Source: Bacteriovoracaceae bacterium (GTDB lineage: Bacteria > Bdellovibrionota > Bacteriovoracia > Bacteriovoracales > Bacteriovoracaceae). Taken from it: DNA of 26,553 bases. The notes below the pieces were generated by a model, which had not been told where the DNA came from, did no database searches, and was given only the letters and a program-made list of their open reading frames with translations. Positions 26,304 to 26,553 of the stretch are shown here, in pieces; within the stretch, counting starts at the first letter, position 1, and each line of letters opens with the position of its first letter. Position numbers and translations under genes: made by a program. The stretch is from positions 1 to 26,553 of the forward strand of contig JBFGZE010000042.1 in NCBI GenBank assembly GCA_041586955.1. Reading direction: 5' to 3'.

Positions 26304-26553
26304 TACGCCCGGTAAAATTGGACTTGATTGCGGCCGCCTTCTTTGGATTTATAGACAGCTTCATCGGCCCGTTTAAATAATTCGGTCCCTGTCGTCACTC
26401 CTTGGCGGTAGTCGGCCACACCAATAGAGGCGGTAACGGGTAAGCGTTTGTTATCATATAAAAAGTGGTGATTTTCAATAAGTTTTCTACATCTTTCAGC
26501 AATTTCAAAGGCTTGCTTAAGATTTGTTTTCGGCAAGAGAATGACAAATTCCT
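26303..26553 (-). CDS. GGDEF domain protein (diguanylate cyclase), 5' part outside the window
   Basis: Frame open to the window edge: (xAG)-EFVILLP, consistent with the end of GGEEF; then AERCR, VTASIGVA, ADEAVYKSKEGGRNQV. Confidence 0.88.
   Translation of the reverse strand, partial: EFVILLPKTNLKQAFEIAERCRKLIENHHFLYDNKRLPVTASIGVADYRQGVTTGTELFKRADEAVYKSKEGGRNQVQFYRA

Overview
Chromosomal, gene-dense window with no mobile element, CRISPR array or RNA gene that I can support. Gene content (GYF-PilZ protein, vWA lipoprotein, myxobacterial-type Hanks kinase, FliA-like promoters, H1-like protein) suggests a predatory Bdellovibrionota (Bacteriovorax/Halobacteriovorax-like); this is inference, not a database result. 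Left to right: a 5'-truncated hypothetical; GreA/GreB-family and DciA/DUF721 genes divergent from lptE-holA; rpsT; a short-chain acyl-CoA set (3-hydroxybutyryl-CoA dehydrogenase, crotonase, acyl-CoA dehydrogenase, thiolase) interrupted by a histone H1-like protein (about 24 KK[V/T]A repeats, a C-x4-C-x9-C-x2-H motif, acidic tail) and a small hypothetical; a cNMP-binding protein coupled to the thiolase; an hpf-CBS pair; several secreted proteins and lipoproteins; a GYF-GYF-PilZ receptor; a membrane Ser/Thr kinase; and a minus-strand operon GGDEF-mutL-miaA-PpsR family-soluble MgtE-like-Nramp-related transporter. Best candidates for new biology: the H1-like/Zn-motif protein inside the acyl-CoA locus, a MutL lacking its endonuclease motifs, the two-part MgtE-N/Nramp Mg2+ module, and FliA-type promoters on non-flagellar genes.
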